DNA from: Chloroflexota bacterium
Lineage (GTDB): Bacteria; Chloroflexota; Dehalococcoidia; Dehalococcoidales; JACPPQ01
DNA length: 64,000 nucleotides
NCBI GenBank assembly: GCA_016190925.1
Contig: JACPPQ010000109.1
Coordinates: 1,614-65,613, forward strand
Direction: 5' to 3'
A program made the translations under genes and the position numbers. Below the pieces are notes generated by a model that saw only the letters and a program-made list of their open reading frames with translations, did no database searches and was not told the origin of the DNA. Below, in pieces: positions 52,170 to 61,410 of this stretch; the first letter of the stretch is position 1, and every line of letters starts with the position of its first letter.

Positions 52170-53477
52170 TTAGCCCATCCGGCCGGGAAGCCAGAGGGCT
52201 ATTGCGGGAAAAACAATAACAATTGCCATTATTATTACATTGAGCACGATGAATGGGAGCCCGGCCTTGTAGATATCTCCCATAGTGGTCCCGGGTGGAG
52301 CAACCCCTTTCATTACAAACAGATTCAAACCGAAGGGTGGGGATATCGCCGCTATCTCTGCATTAATGAGATAAATGACGGCGAACCAGACTGGATTAAA
52401 CCCCAGACCGTTAACAACGGGCATAAAGACGGGAAGGGTTATCATCATGATGGGCAGCACGTTCATGAACATGCCCAGAATCCCTACGATAAGCTGCATG
52501 GCGATAAATATCAATATTGGAGTGACAGGAAGACCCGTGGCAAGTTCAGTCAGATTTCGACTGACCCCGCCAAAGGCCAATATCTGGCTGAAGGCCCCCG
52601 ATGAGGCTATGATAAAAAGTATCATGCCGGTAACGTGAAGAGTGCTGGCCAGGGATTTTTTCATGACAGCCCAGCTCAGGCGCTTGTGTGAGGCGACCAG
52701 CAAGAGTGTACCCAATACGCCGGAGACCGCGGCTTCGGTCGGGGTTGCGATACCCAGTACGATAAGCCCGATGACCAGGAAGACTATAATACTTATCGGC
52801 AGGATATGCTTTGCGAGTGCTGCAAGCTTTTCCGAAAGGGGTACCCTGGTTATTTCATAGGGGGGTGCCAGAGTGGGGTCCAGCCGGCACCGGGTGACGA
52901 TGTATGTAGTAAAAATGACAGCGGATAAGAGTCCTGGAAGAATAATAGCTAACAGAATCTGGCCTATGGAGATTTCACCCAGTGCCCCCAGGAGAACCGC
53001 CAGGCCGCTTGGAGGAATCATCGTAGCCAGACCTCCGCTCCCCAGAATAGGCCCCAGGCTCATCGGCTTTTTATAGCCCCGTTTCTCCATTTCAGGTATC
53101 AAAGTTGACCCGAGCATGGCCACGCTGGCCATGCTGGCCCCTGTGAGGGTGGCAAGCAAAGTCCCGGCTCCTACGGCAAGCAGGCTCATCCTGCCCGGCA
53201 GACGCCCCATCCACTTATCCACGCTATCGATAATAATGCTGCCCATTCCAGACTGAAATAAAACGTCCCCCATCAATATGAACATGGGGATGGGTAAGAG
53301 GGTAAAGCTGGTCACGGAACCGAAAATGCTACGTACCAGTAAGTCCATATCGCCGTGCCGTACCACCAATAGTCCCACCATGTTTATGGCTAGAAAACTG
53401 AAAGCTACGGGCATTCCGGCTGCCATCATGACTATCAGCCCGCCGAACATTATGAGGAGTACCAGTTGCCAGTCCAC
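52170..53477 (-). CDS. dctM: TRAP transporter large permease (DctM family), second system
   Basis: This 435-aa polytopic ORF contains WMGRLPGRMSLLAVGAG and EKRGYKKPMSLGPILGSGGLATMIPPS. It is a paralog of 1324..2643. Confidence 0.9.
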   Translation of the reverse strand: MDWQLVLLIMFGGLIVMMAAGMPVAFSFLAINMVGLLVVRHGDMDLLVRSIFGSVTSFTLLPIPMFILMGDVLFQSGMGSIIIDSVDKWMGRLPGRMSLLAVGAGTLLATLTGASMASVAMLGSTLIPEMEKRGYKKPMSLGPILGSGGLATMIPPSGLAVLLGALGEISIGQILLAIILPGLLSAVIFTTYIVTRCRLDPTLAPPYEITRVPLSEKLAALAKHILPISIIVFLVIGLIVLGIATPTEAAVSGVLGTLLLVASHKRLSWAVMKKSLASTLHVTGMILFIIASSGAFSQILAFGGVSRNLTELATGLPVTPILIFIAMQLIVGILGMFMNVLPIMMITLPVFMPVVNGLGFNPVWFAVIYLINAEIAAISPPFGLNLFVMKGVAPPGTTMGDIYKAGLPFIVLNVIIMAIVIVFPAIALWLPGRMG

Positions 53478-53482
53478 TTACG

Positions 53483-54004
53483 TCAATCCATCCTCGCCTG
53501 ATTATTAGGTGCTTTCCACTTTTGAACATAACCCTGGATTTTTTTTGCGAGCTGGGAAAACAGCAGCAAAAATCCCAGGGGAATAATGATTTCCAGCACT
53601 CCGGCAGGAGGTCGCAATGGCGTTGGGTAGAGATAGCCGCTTTCGAAGAAATAGATGACGCTTTTTGTCCCAAACCAGACCAAAACCAGGCAAATAACAC
53701 TGCTGGCGATGGAGGTAACAAGGTTCACCAAGAGCCTTGTTCTTGGCTTCAATCGATTCAGGAGCAGGTCCACCGCTACGTGGCCGTCTCTTTTTAGTAC
53801 CCAGGCCGCCGCCAGAAAGGTAATAAACAATAAGCTGTACTCGCTGAGCTCGGTTATACCCTTTATCGGTCGCCGGAAGAAAAACCTCATGATAATCTCT
53901 GCGAGAATTCCCAGCCCGGTAATAACAATCAGCAAGGCTGCCAGAAACGCCGAGCTGTTGATAAGGGTGTCGACAAGGCCGGATATCTTCGCTATGAACT
54001 TCAT
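53483..54004 (-). CDS. dctQ: TRAP transporter small permease (DctQ family), second system
   Basis: This 173-aa ORF has about four hydrophobic helices and ends 5 nt upstream of dctM. Confidence 0.8.
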   Translation of the reverse strand: MKFIAKISGLVDTLINSSAFLAALLIVITGLGILAEIIMRFFFRRPIKGITELSEYSLLFITFLAAAWVLKRDGHVAVDLLLNRLKPRTRLLVNLVTSIASSVICLVLVWFGTKSVIYFFESGYLYPTPLRPPAGVLEIIIPLGFLLLFSQLAKKIQGYVQKWKAPNNQARMD

Positions 54005-54187
54005 AGAAATTCAAAACCCCATGAATGCACCACTGAATATGAGAGGCATTTCATCGTAAACAACCGCAGGCACAGCCCGCGACACCTTTGCCCTTCGGGC
54101 ACGGCCTGAGCTCCACAATATGGCCGGTTCACCCTGCTGTTACCGTAACGTTCAAGACTTACGTTTTCTCACGAAAATACATTTAGT

Positions 54188-54425
54188 GGTGGCACTCGCC
54201 TCAGGCGAGTGCCTGCCTGTGCAAGAAACATTTTCATACTTCGTGGTGCGCCTCAGGCGCATGGAGGATTACCAAGAAAATAGCCTTTGTCACCCCTGCG
54301 AAGGCAGGGGTCTACCGCCGCCGTCGAGGCGGCATCCCGATGTCCATCGGGACTAATTAACCTGTCCTTCCTAAGGGAAGGAATTGCCTCGACGGCAATG
54401 GATAGATTCCCGCTTTCGCGGGAAT
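54188..54425. repeat. Array of eight consecutive, non-identical GC-rich hairpins in the dctP-dctQ spacer
   Basis: The stems lie at 54191..54213 (10 bp, TCA loop), 54247..54261, 54293..54310, 54317..54333, 54335..54352, 54365..54382, 54383..54399 and 54406..54425. I checked each base by base. Confidence 0.85.
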
Positions 54426-54485
54426 GACAGTTATTTGTTGTTGCTATTTTCATCCTTCGTGGGTGGTGTAACGCGCTATGGGTAA

Positions 54486-55619
54486 TTACTTGTTATATAA
54501 GTCCATTAGTGTTTTGATGGCGTCCGGTTGCTGCTTAGCGAGCTCCTGCCATTGTGATGAGTAGGCCAGGTCAAGGTAGCGTTTGGCCTCCTCCGGCGGC
54601 AGTTTGATGAACTTTACGCCGGCATTTTTCATATTCTGTACGTACCTGTCATAAAAGCCGGTCATCAACTTGGCAGTCTCCGGTTCCATCTCGATGCGCG
54701 CCTGCTCCATCAGGTCCTGAATGTTCTTGGGAAGACTTTTCCACTTGTCTAAATTCATCAGGCTCAGTGGCGCCCCTATATAATAGGGATGGTCAACTAC
54801 TACTAAACCCTTGATTTGATGCAGGCCAAGGGCCACCAGCGTGTCCGCGGCGTTAATGTAAACGTCAATAACGCCGGTCTCCATGGCAGTGTATGTCTCT
54901 GCATAAGGCATTGGCTTGTAGCTCATACCGACTGAGGCGGCGGAAGCGTTACCAATTGTGCCCAATCCGCCGGCCCTCAAACCCTTCAGGTCGTCCAGCT
55001 TGGCAACCGGTTTCCTGCTGGCTGCATAGAAAATGGGGTCCTTTGAGGCATCATCCAGGCCCAGAAAATAGAATCCCGCTTCTGCGGCGTATTTGCGCAA
55101 AGCGGTTACTGCCCCGCGTTTTCGCTCTTCATCCGCTGTTAGCCGTGAGAGCCCGGGAGTATTGAGCGCCGGCATCATTGTCTCCACCATTGTGCCGAAG
55201 GTTGAAACGAGGTCTACCTGCCCCTTCTTCACTGCCAGTGGTTGCTGGCCTGCTGGTATGACTTCCGGACCTCCGCGGATTTTGATGGAAAACTGTCCGG
55301 GATATTTTTCAGCGGCCAGCTTATTGATACGGTCAATGGTCATCAACCATATCTTCATCTTTTCCCGGTCCGTTGGCAATACGGTAACCATTTCAAGCAC
55401 TATCGGCTGTGTCTTTGGCGTCGGCGTGGCAACCGGCGTCGGCGTTGGCGTGGGCTTAGGCGCAGGTGCAGGCGCTGGCTTAGGCGTCGCTGTAGGTGCG
55501 GGTGATGGCGCAGGCGCAGGTTTTTCTTGCGTAGCGCAGGAGGCTGCCATGGATAATACTCCCGCGATTGCTAAAAGGCAAACGATGCTCAATATCCTGA
55601 TACTTTTACTATTTATCAT
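54486..55619 (-). CDS. dctP: TRAP substrate-binding lipoprotein (DctP family) with long Pro/Ala/Thr linker, second system
   Basis: This 377-aa ORF has an AAGGAGGGG ribosome-binding site. Its signal peptide ends in AASC, followed by KPAPAPSPAPTATPKPAPAPAPKPTPTPTPVATPTPK. The mature domain is DctP-like. Confidence 0.85.
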   Translation of the reverse strand: MINSKSIRILSIVCLLAIAGVLSMAASCATQEKPAPAPSPAPTATPKPAPAPAPKPTPTPTPVATPTPKTQPIVLEMVTVLPTDREKMKIWLMTIDRINKLAAEKYPGQFSIKIRGGPEVIPAGQQPLAVKKGQVDLVSTFGTMVETMMPALNTPGLSRLTADEERKRGAVTALRKYAAEAGFYFLGLDDASKDPIFYAASRKPVAKLDDLKGLRAGGLGTIGNASAASVGMSYKPMPYAETYTAMETGVIDVYINAADTLVALGLHQIKGLVVVDHPYYIGAPLSLMNLDKWKSLPKNIQDLMEQARIEMEPETAKLMTGFYDRYVQNMKNAGVKFIKLPPEEAKRYLDLAYSSQWQELAKQQPDAIKTLMDLYNK

Positions 55620-55623
55620 GTTT

Positions 55624-55953
55624 TCACCCCTCCTTTGAGGAATTCTCCGATTTACCAGACATTACCAGGCTTATCTCACCATTGCTCACCCCCGTAGATG
55701 AAGAGGTTCTATCGGAACCTCTTGCTGCTCTTACTTCCTTTTCTATCCACCTCATCGAGATGGCATTCCTCGGGCAGTCCTCTATACAGGCAAAACATTG
55801 CGAGCAATCGTCCTGGTACACAATGATTGCTTTTCCTGCTTTCATCCTGATTACATCGTTTAAGCAAGACTGCACGCAAACACCGCACCCTGTGCAACGG
55901 TAGCGGTCTATCTTCCCGATAACCAGCCTCCGCGTTAACCTTGCCTCTATCAT
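55624..55953 (-). CDS. 2x[4Fe-4S] ferredoxin partner of the upstream flavoprotein
   Basis: This 109-aa ORF contains the Cys motifs CTGCGVCVQSC and CSQCFACIEDCP. It overlaps the flavoprotein gene by 4 nt. Confidence 0.8.
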   Translation of the reverse strand: MIEARLTRRLVIGKIDRYRCTGCGVCVQSCLNDVIRMKAGKAIIVYQDDCSQCFACIEDCPRNAISMRWIEKEVRAARGSDRTSSSTGVSNGEISLVMSGKSENSSKEG

Positions 55954-57659
55954 CTTCCCTGACCCCCGTTCGGCCGCACTGGGTACTCACTCATCGGGAG
56001 CGGCTCTACCCATGTCTTTATTTGTCGGCCTTCTCTTTTGGCTATTACCCACTTGAGCCAGTTCTTATCATCCCTTGCTGGATAATCCTCTCGGTAATGC
56101 GAGCCCCTGCTTTCGGTTCGCAACAATGCTGTATGTGCCAGAAGTTCCAGAAACAAGAGGCCGTTTTCCACTCCTATGACCCCTACCAGGTCGTGATAAT
56201 CTCTGGCCACCATTCTGGGTATTTCCTCATGCTTTATTCCCTGCACTATCTTCATCGCCGCCTTTAGCTTCCCATCGCTCCTAATTGGTCCAAACATCCC
56301 CTGTTCCTGTACGCTAACACAGTGTTCTCGCACTTCTTCCCGGGTCAAGCCGATCTGCCTCCACAGCGGTGCGAATATTTTGTTTTGCAGGCTCTCCACC
56401 TGATGGGTATCCACGGCCTGCAAGTCAAGAGCGGCCAAACTCCGGGCGGCAGCCTCTCCAGCGCGATGTCCCCCGATGGCTGATGCCATGCCGATGCTGA
56501 TAACGTCTGTCACTCCGACTTCAGCGTGGTCTGTTGCCGCACCGGCTGCGAACAGCCCGGTTAGCGTGGTAGCACCGCTTCTATTGACTCTGATTCCACC
56601 GGGGCATATGTCGGTCAAAGTGACCACGTAAGGAACCAGGTCTTTTCTGATATCGAGACCGCCGGCGGCAAAGGAGCGCATAACAATCGGAATAGCCATA
56701 TCGATGCGGCGGTAAGCGGCGTCATCCAGGTGGGTAGCATCCAGGTAGACCGGTCCACGGTTTTCCAGCATCTCGACCACAATAGCTCTCCCGACCAGCG
56801 ACCTGGTTGACCTCTCCACGAGTTCCTGGTCCCATTTCTTCATGAACCTCTCACCCTGGGCATTAACCATGACGGCCCCTTCGCCAAACAGGATATTTGC
56901 CCCGGGGGCTGTGTTGAAGTCTTTTGGCCTGTAGCCGTAGTGCGCCAGCTCGATATTCCTCATCTCACATCCGGCCCGAAAAGCCATCGCCTTGCCATCG
57001 CCGCTCAGGTTGTATACCGGCATCCTGGAAAGTATTGCCAGTGTGGGGCCGGTAGCAATTACCACTGCTTTGGCTCTAAAAACATAAAATGTGCCATTTC
57101 TGATGTTAAAGCCGGCTGCGCCAATTACCTGGCCGGTGGTCGGGAAATCGCCATCCGAGGTAAGCAGGTCGGTGGCCATAACTCGCTCTAATACGCGTGA
57201 GCCAAGGCGCAACACCTCCCCCCTCAGCACGGACATCATCTGAAGGCCGCCGTTGGTCAGAACTACGTTCCGGATATGGCGCTGGCCCACACACGCTTTT
57301 CGAAGACGTTTGCCGTTATCTCTCTGGAATGTAACTCCCCAACGCTCTAGGTCGTTTATTCTTTCGGCTGTTTCGGTCACCATTCCCTCCAGCCGGTGCT
57401 GGTCGCACAGCCATTCGCCGGCTTCAACACACTCCCGATACCACTGCTCGCGGTCATCGGTATCCGGGTCAAAACAGGTCAGCACCCCAGACATCTGGTG
57501 ACTCAAACCGCTTCTTCCTAGATTTCCTTTATCGACCATGACAACGTCGGCGCCAAGCTCTCTTGCCCTTATAGCCGCAAAACAGCCGGCAATTCCCCCG
57601 CCCAGCACCAGTACATCAGTTTCCAGAGTCTCGCTCTTTATTTGCTGTGAAACAGCCAT
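55950..57659 (-). CDS. FAD flavoprotein of the succinate dehydrogenase/fumarate reductase/AprA superfamily
   Basis: This 569-aa ORF contains DVLVLGGGIAGCFAAIRA, GLFAAGAA and ESRGSHYREDYPARDDKNWLKW, the last being a typical C-terminal motif of this superfamily. Confidence 0.75.
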   Translation of the reverse strand: MAVSQQIKSETLETDVLVLGGGIAGCFAAIRARELGADVVMVDKGNLGRSGLSHQMSGVLTCFDPDTDDREQWYRECVEAGEWLCDQHRLEGMVTETAERINDLERWGVTFQRDNGKRLRKACVGQRHIRNVVLTNGGLQMMSVLRGEVLRLGSRVLERVMATDLLTSDGDFPTTGQVIGAAGFNIRNGTFYVFRAKAVVIATGPTLAILSRMPVYNLSGDGKAMAFRAGCEMRNIELAHYGYRPKDFNTAPGANILFGEGAVMVNAQGERFMKKWDQELVERSTRSLVGRAIVVEMLENRGPVYLDATHLDDAAYRRIDMAIPIVMRSFAAGGLDIRKDLVPYVVTLTDICPGGIRVNRSGATTLTGLFAAGAATDHAEVGVTDVISIGMASAIGGHRAGEAAARSLAALDLQAVDTHQVESLQNKIFAPLWRQIGLTREEVREHCVSVQEQGMFGPIRSDGKLKAAMKIVQGIKHEEIPRMVARDYHDLVGVIGVENGLLFLELLAHTALLRTESRGSHYREDYPARDDKNWLKWVIAKREGRQIKTWVEPLPMSEYPVRPNGGQGR

Positions 57660-57677
57660 TCAGTATCACCCCGCGTA

Positions 57678-58970
57678 TTATTTGCCCCTGCCCCGTGGCC
57701 TTCTCTCACGGCTACATATATCGAGCGCAACCATGGCATATATTTCGGCAGCCTTGTACAGGTCGTCGATGAGAATGGAATAGTTTCTCCCGCCGGTCCC
57801 TGCCGCGGGGCCGTAGGTTAGAGAAGGGATGCCGACTTCGTTAAATATGTTGTTGTCTCTCCACATGCTGCACACCGGGCCGATAGCAGGCTCAGGCTTT
57901 TTCCCGAAAATGGCTTTATGAGCGTTGTCTACTGCTTCAACCAGTGGACCGATACCGGTAGCGTTAGCCTCGTAGCCCGGCTCCGATGCGAAGATGTCCA
58001 CTTCGCCATCCAGCTCCAGAGACCGGACTTTGTTTTCAAGCTCGGCCTTGATATCAAGAAAGTTCTGCCCCGGTGCTGTTCTGATGTCGATGTAAATTGA
58101 GCATACTTCAGACGTTCCATCGAGTGCAAAGGGCTCTCCCCCTCGTATAGCACCTATCGCGACTTTGGGAATCAGCGTACCGCCTGGGCATACGTACGTG
58201 TGCTCCCTCTCATAAACCGCCGCCCACGCTTCAATCTCGTTTATCAACCGGGACATCCGCACAATGGCATTTGGGTTCTTTTCAGGTGAATAGGAGCCTT
58301 TAAGGTACGGAGTGTACAAACGCGGTTCCCCGAACACTGTTATTTTGACGTACAGCTTTCCCGCCTCGACCCACGCCGACTGAAAATTGGTAGCTTCAGC
58401 TACAAGAGCATAGTCGGCAATTCCGCCGTGAGTAGCTATAAAGCGGGTGCCGATCTCGGTCCCCGGGCATTTAGGTGGCTGGAACTCATCGATTGGTTCC
58501 CAGGCAACCTCGCCGCTGACAGCGGTAAGTATGATATCACCTTTCAAAGCGATGCCTGCTTGCTTGATTGCCCTGGCAGCAATTAGAAAACATGCCATCG
58601 GCCCTTTGTCATTTACTATGCCGTTGCCGAAAAGCCTATCCCCCTCCCGCCATGCCTGGTGATAGATAGGGTCCTCGCTATCACGACGTGATAAGACTGC
58701 GTCACGGGATACCACCGTATCCATATGGCTATTGAAGAGAAGGCTTAATCCGCCCCCACTCCCCTTCAACGCGCCTATCACATTTGGACGGCTTTCCAGA
58801 AGACTGAGGACCTTCGTTTTGAATCCCTCCTGCTTGAGCCATGCCTCAACAGCTTGCGCCATTCCTCTTTCCTGGCCCGGAGGGCTATCGATGTTTCCAA
58901 GTTTCAAAGCAAGGTCGACCAGTTCTTCCCTGTCTATTTTTTCCAGGACTCGGTCAGTAACTGAAGCCAT
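57678..58970 (-). CDS. M20-family metallopeptidase/deacylase (ArgE/DapE/ACY1/hippuricase type)
   Basis: The track ORF starts at GTG 58985, but the ATG at 58970 follows GGGAG with 8-nt spacing. The sequence contains LLFNSHMDTV, the metal-binding H-x-D motif. Confidence 0.75.
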   Translation of the reverse strand: MASVTDRVLEKIDREELVDLALKLGNIDSPPGQERGMAQAVEAWLKQEGFKTKVLSLLESRPNVIGALKGSGGGLSLLFNSHMDTVVSRDAVLSRRDSEDPIYHQAWREGDRLFGNGIVNDKGPMACFLIAARAIKQAGIALKGDIILTAVSGEVAWEPIDEFQPPKCPGTEIGTRFIATHGGIADYALVAEATNFQSAWVEAGKLYVKITVFGEPRLYTPYLKGSYSPEKNPNAIVRMSRLINEIEAWAAVYEREHTYVCPGGTLIPKVAIGAIRGGEPFALDGTSEVCSIYIDIRTAPGQNFLDIKAELENKVRSLELDGEVDIFASEPGYEANATGIGPLVEAVDNAHKAIFGKKPEPAIGPVCSMWRDNNIFNEVGIPSLTYGPAAGTGGRNYSILIDDLYKAAEIYAMVALDICSRERRPRGRGK

Positions 58971-58999
58971 TAATTTAACTCCCACAAGTTATTTAGCCT

Positions 59000-60439
59000 C
59001 TATGTCTTAAACAGGTGCGCAAATCTTTTCCAGCTTTCTCTTCTATACTCCTGGTCTGATTGAACAGGCATGGGGAATTTATCTTTCCACTCGAAGGGCA
59101 TGGTAGCATCGATAATAGCGCGGGAATTCATGTACCGTCCTGCCGTGCGGTCTTCGGGAGAGACCAGGGCATCCAGGGCGCTTGTCCTCGCCCTGCGAAT
59201 GATGTCGACAGAAGTGGCCGGGTCACACCGGGTTAATACCGCCCACAGTACATCCTTCAGGTCCGTGACATCAATGTCTTCATCGACCACTACCACTAAT
59301 TTGCCGACGTTCGACCCTGTGATAGCGTACACCGCGTGTCCCACCTGCCTCGAATGGCCGCCGAACTGCTGTTTGATGGCTACCGCGGTCAGGAGTTTGC
59401 AGGCCCCCTCTCCGTAGCACCAGATATTGCTTATCCCTTGAATGCCGGTCTGCTTCAACTCGTTGAAAACGAGCGCGGATTCGATATATTGCCGCGCCTT
59501 ATCCGCATCATACGGTGGTTTTTCAGATGGCACTCCCAGCAGGATAGGGTCATTGCGGAAATAGACCGCCTCTACATCCACATAAGGAGCTTCACCGCTA
59601 CCGGAGGCATAATACCCCATCCACTCGCCAAACGGACCTTCCAGCCTGGTCTTTCCCGGATAAGAGAAGCCTTCTATCGCTATCTCGGCGGCTGCTGGTA
59701 TTGGAAGTCCGGTCACAGGCCCCTTTATCACTTTCACAGGACTGCCGCGCCATCCTCCGACCCAGTCCAGTTCGCTCACACCCCACGGCAGGTCGGTCAT
59801 TCCTCCTGCGAACAGAAGCGGGTCGCTTCCAAACACGATAGCTACTGGACACGGCTTTCCTTTGGCAATATACTTCTGCCGATGTGCGTAACCATGCGGC
59901 ACACGGGAGCTGAAGAAACCCACAGTCTTCTTGTCCAGAAGTTGGTTCCTGTAAGTGCCTACGTTGACCCATCCTTCATCCGGGTCTCGTGTTATTACCA
60001 TGCATCCCGTGCCGATGTAAGGCCCTCCATCCTGGCGGTGCCACATGGGGACAGGAAAGCGGTTCAAGTCTACTTGGTTTCCGGTGAGCTGGTTCTCAAA
60101 TATGGGGCCGGTATCAACGTATTCTGGGGGAATTAATTTCAGCCCCGCTAGCTTCTTCTTGAAATGCTCCAGCAAGGACTTCCGGTCTGAAACTAGGGGA
60201 AAGCCGAACGTGATAGCTATCTGGCGGATACTGCCATACGGGTTAATCAGAATGCGGTAGCCGGGCTCGAAACCGGGGAATTCGTCCAGGACAATAGACG
60301 GTGCGGTTTCCATGCTGGCGGCAATTTCAGCAATTCTGCCTGTATCTTCTTTCAGGTCTATCGATTTGGCTATCTTTAGTTCGCCGATTTCTTCAACCTT
60401 TGCTAACCACTGCCGCAAGTCTTCATAGTCTACTCCCAT
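59000..60439 (-). CDS. UbiD-family decarboxylase/carboxylase, paralog 5
   Basis: This 479-aa ORF contains DEGWVNVGTYRNQ and EGPFGEWMGYYASG. It is collinear with paralog 4 from the first residue (MGVDYEDLRQWLAKVEEIGEL versus MGTEYRDLREWLSKVEEIGEL). Confidence 0.9.
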   Translation of the reverse strand: MGVDYEDLRQWLAKVEEIGELKIAKSIDLKEDTGRIAEIAASMETAPSIVLDEFPGFEPGYRILINPYGSIRQIAITFGFPLVSDRKSLLEHFKKKLAGLKLIPPEYVDTGPIFENQLTGNQVDLNRFPVPMWHRQDGGPYIGTGCMVITRDPDEGWVNVGTYRNQLLDKKTVGFFSSRVPHGYAHRQKYIAKGKPCPVAIVFGSDPLLFAGGMTDLPWGVSELDWVGGWRGSPVKVIKGPVTGLPIPAAAEIAIEGFSYPGKTRLEGPFGEWMGYYASGSGEAPYVDVEAVYFRNDPILLGVPSEKPPYDADKARQYIESALVFNELKQTGIQGISNIWCYGEGACKLLTAVAIKQQFGGHSRQVGHAVYAITGSNVGKLVVVVDEDIDVTDLKDVLWAVLTRCDPATSVDIIRRARTSALDALVSPEDRTAGRYMNSRAIIDATMPFEWKDKFPMPVQSDQEYRRESWKRFAHLFKT

Positions 60440-60530
60440 TGGTCTCCTTCCTAAATAACGGCGAATCGCAAACCCTATCGGATAAGACTATCCGCTGACA
60501 AGCCTCAGTGTTACGGCTTCTCGTCCAGTT

Positions 60531-60640
60531 GTTATAGTGTATACTATTCTCAAGTCAATTGTTAATGGATGTCTGACGGATTTTTGCGTCAGTTTTTGTA
60601 AGGCTAATACTATGCTTACTCTCCAGTCTTTTCCTACACG
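60531..60640 (-). promoter_or_regulatory. TGTAGG-box upstream element, divergent copy e (read on the minus strand)
   Basis: The reverse complement reads TGTAGGAAAAGACTGGAGAGTAAGCATAGTATTAGCCTTACAAAAACTGACGCAAAAATCCGTCAGACATCC... The first ~45 nt are collinear with copies a-c. The GATGTCTG(A/G)C motif is present in the inverted orientation. It lies upstream of the UbiD-5 operon. Confidence 0.5.
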
Positions 60641-60886
60641 GTTGGCTTATGGAAAGGGGAGTTGCAACAGGCACAAATTAAATTTTGCTAGAAAACACTC
60701 AGCATGACAGCGTTGGTGACTGATTACAACCTCGATTATGAAGTTATTGACAATTACCAAGCAAACATGGTTATATAACTTACACTGCCCGGCAAATTTC
60801 CTGCGGACAAGGATAAAAGGACCTGCACCGTGTTAGTACTTAGTTGCAATATTGAGCGTAATGATGTTTTGGTGTTTCGTACATCT

Positions 60887-61347
60887 GGTGGCACTCGCCT
60901 CAGGCGAGTCCCTTTAGGGAGAACCCTTCAGGGTGAACCCTGCCTGTGCACCTTGACTAACAATTACGCTGATTCATGCAACTTAGCACTAGTGTGCCGT
61001 ATCAGAAATACGTTGACTAAATATTTTGTCATTTCCCCCTTTCGCAAAGGGGGATTAAGGGGGATTCTGAACCTGTCCGACAGAAAATTCCTCTCAGTCT
61101 CCCTTTCGTAGAGGGAGAGAACTTATTCAAGTTACTTGCGAGACAGGATACTAGGATGGTGAATCGCAAATAACGTTAGCCCGGCATTCACCCATTACTT
61201 CGAAAATACCCAAATTTCCTCTCCCTTGAGAAGGAGAGGATTAAAGCTTGCCCAAGCCTGCCCGCCGTAGCCTTGTGCGTTGGCAGGAGCGAAGCCGAAG
61301 GGTACTTGTTACGGGGGGCAATGCCCTGTGGTGCGGAATTGCTTTAC
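60887..61347. repeat. Mosaic of hairpin modules filling the divergent UbiD-5 / UbiD-6 intergenic region
   Basis: GGTGGCACTCGCCTCAGGCGAGT at 60887 is the same 23-mer as at 54188. Other modules are CCCCCTTT-cgc-AAAGGGGG (61035..61053), TCTCCCT-n7-AGGGAGA (61098..61118) and CCTCTCC-n8-GGAGAGG (61218..61239). The 3' half of the composite repeat spans 61244..61347. Confidence 0.8.
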
Positions 61348-61410
61348 TTTTCGGACAGCTTCCTGGATGACAGCAAATTCCTAACCTACCAAAATCTGAA
61401 GGAGTGAACG

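Noticed and set aside
54188-54425. Regularly spaced short palindromes that look superficially like a CRISPR array.
   Set aside because: The palindromes all differ in sequence, so there is no repeated unit with unique spacers. The ~20-25-nt period is too short, and no cas genes are present.
55624-57659. Flavoprotein + ferredoxin pair, considered as APS reductase AprBA.
   Set aside because: There is no sulfate-activation or dsr context. The pair is embedded in a UbiD/M20/TRAP catabolic operon. Only superfamily-level similarity can be claimed.
60830-61111. 93-aa ORF in the large UbiD-5/UbiD-6 intergenic region. Also the ORFs 62888..63190(-), 62910..63137(+), 3569..3802(+), 3583..3825(-) and 54120..54356(+).
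   Set aside because: They read straight through the hairpin modules, have no ribosome-binding site, and change between repeat copies. They are most likely non-coding.
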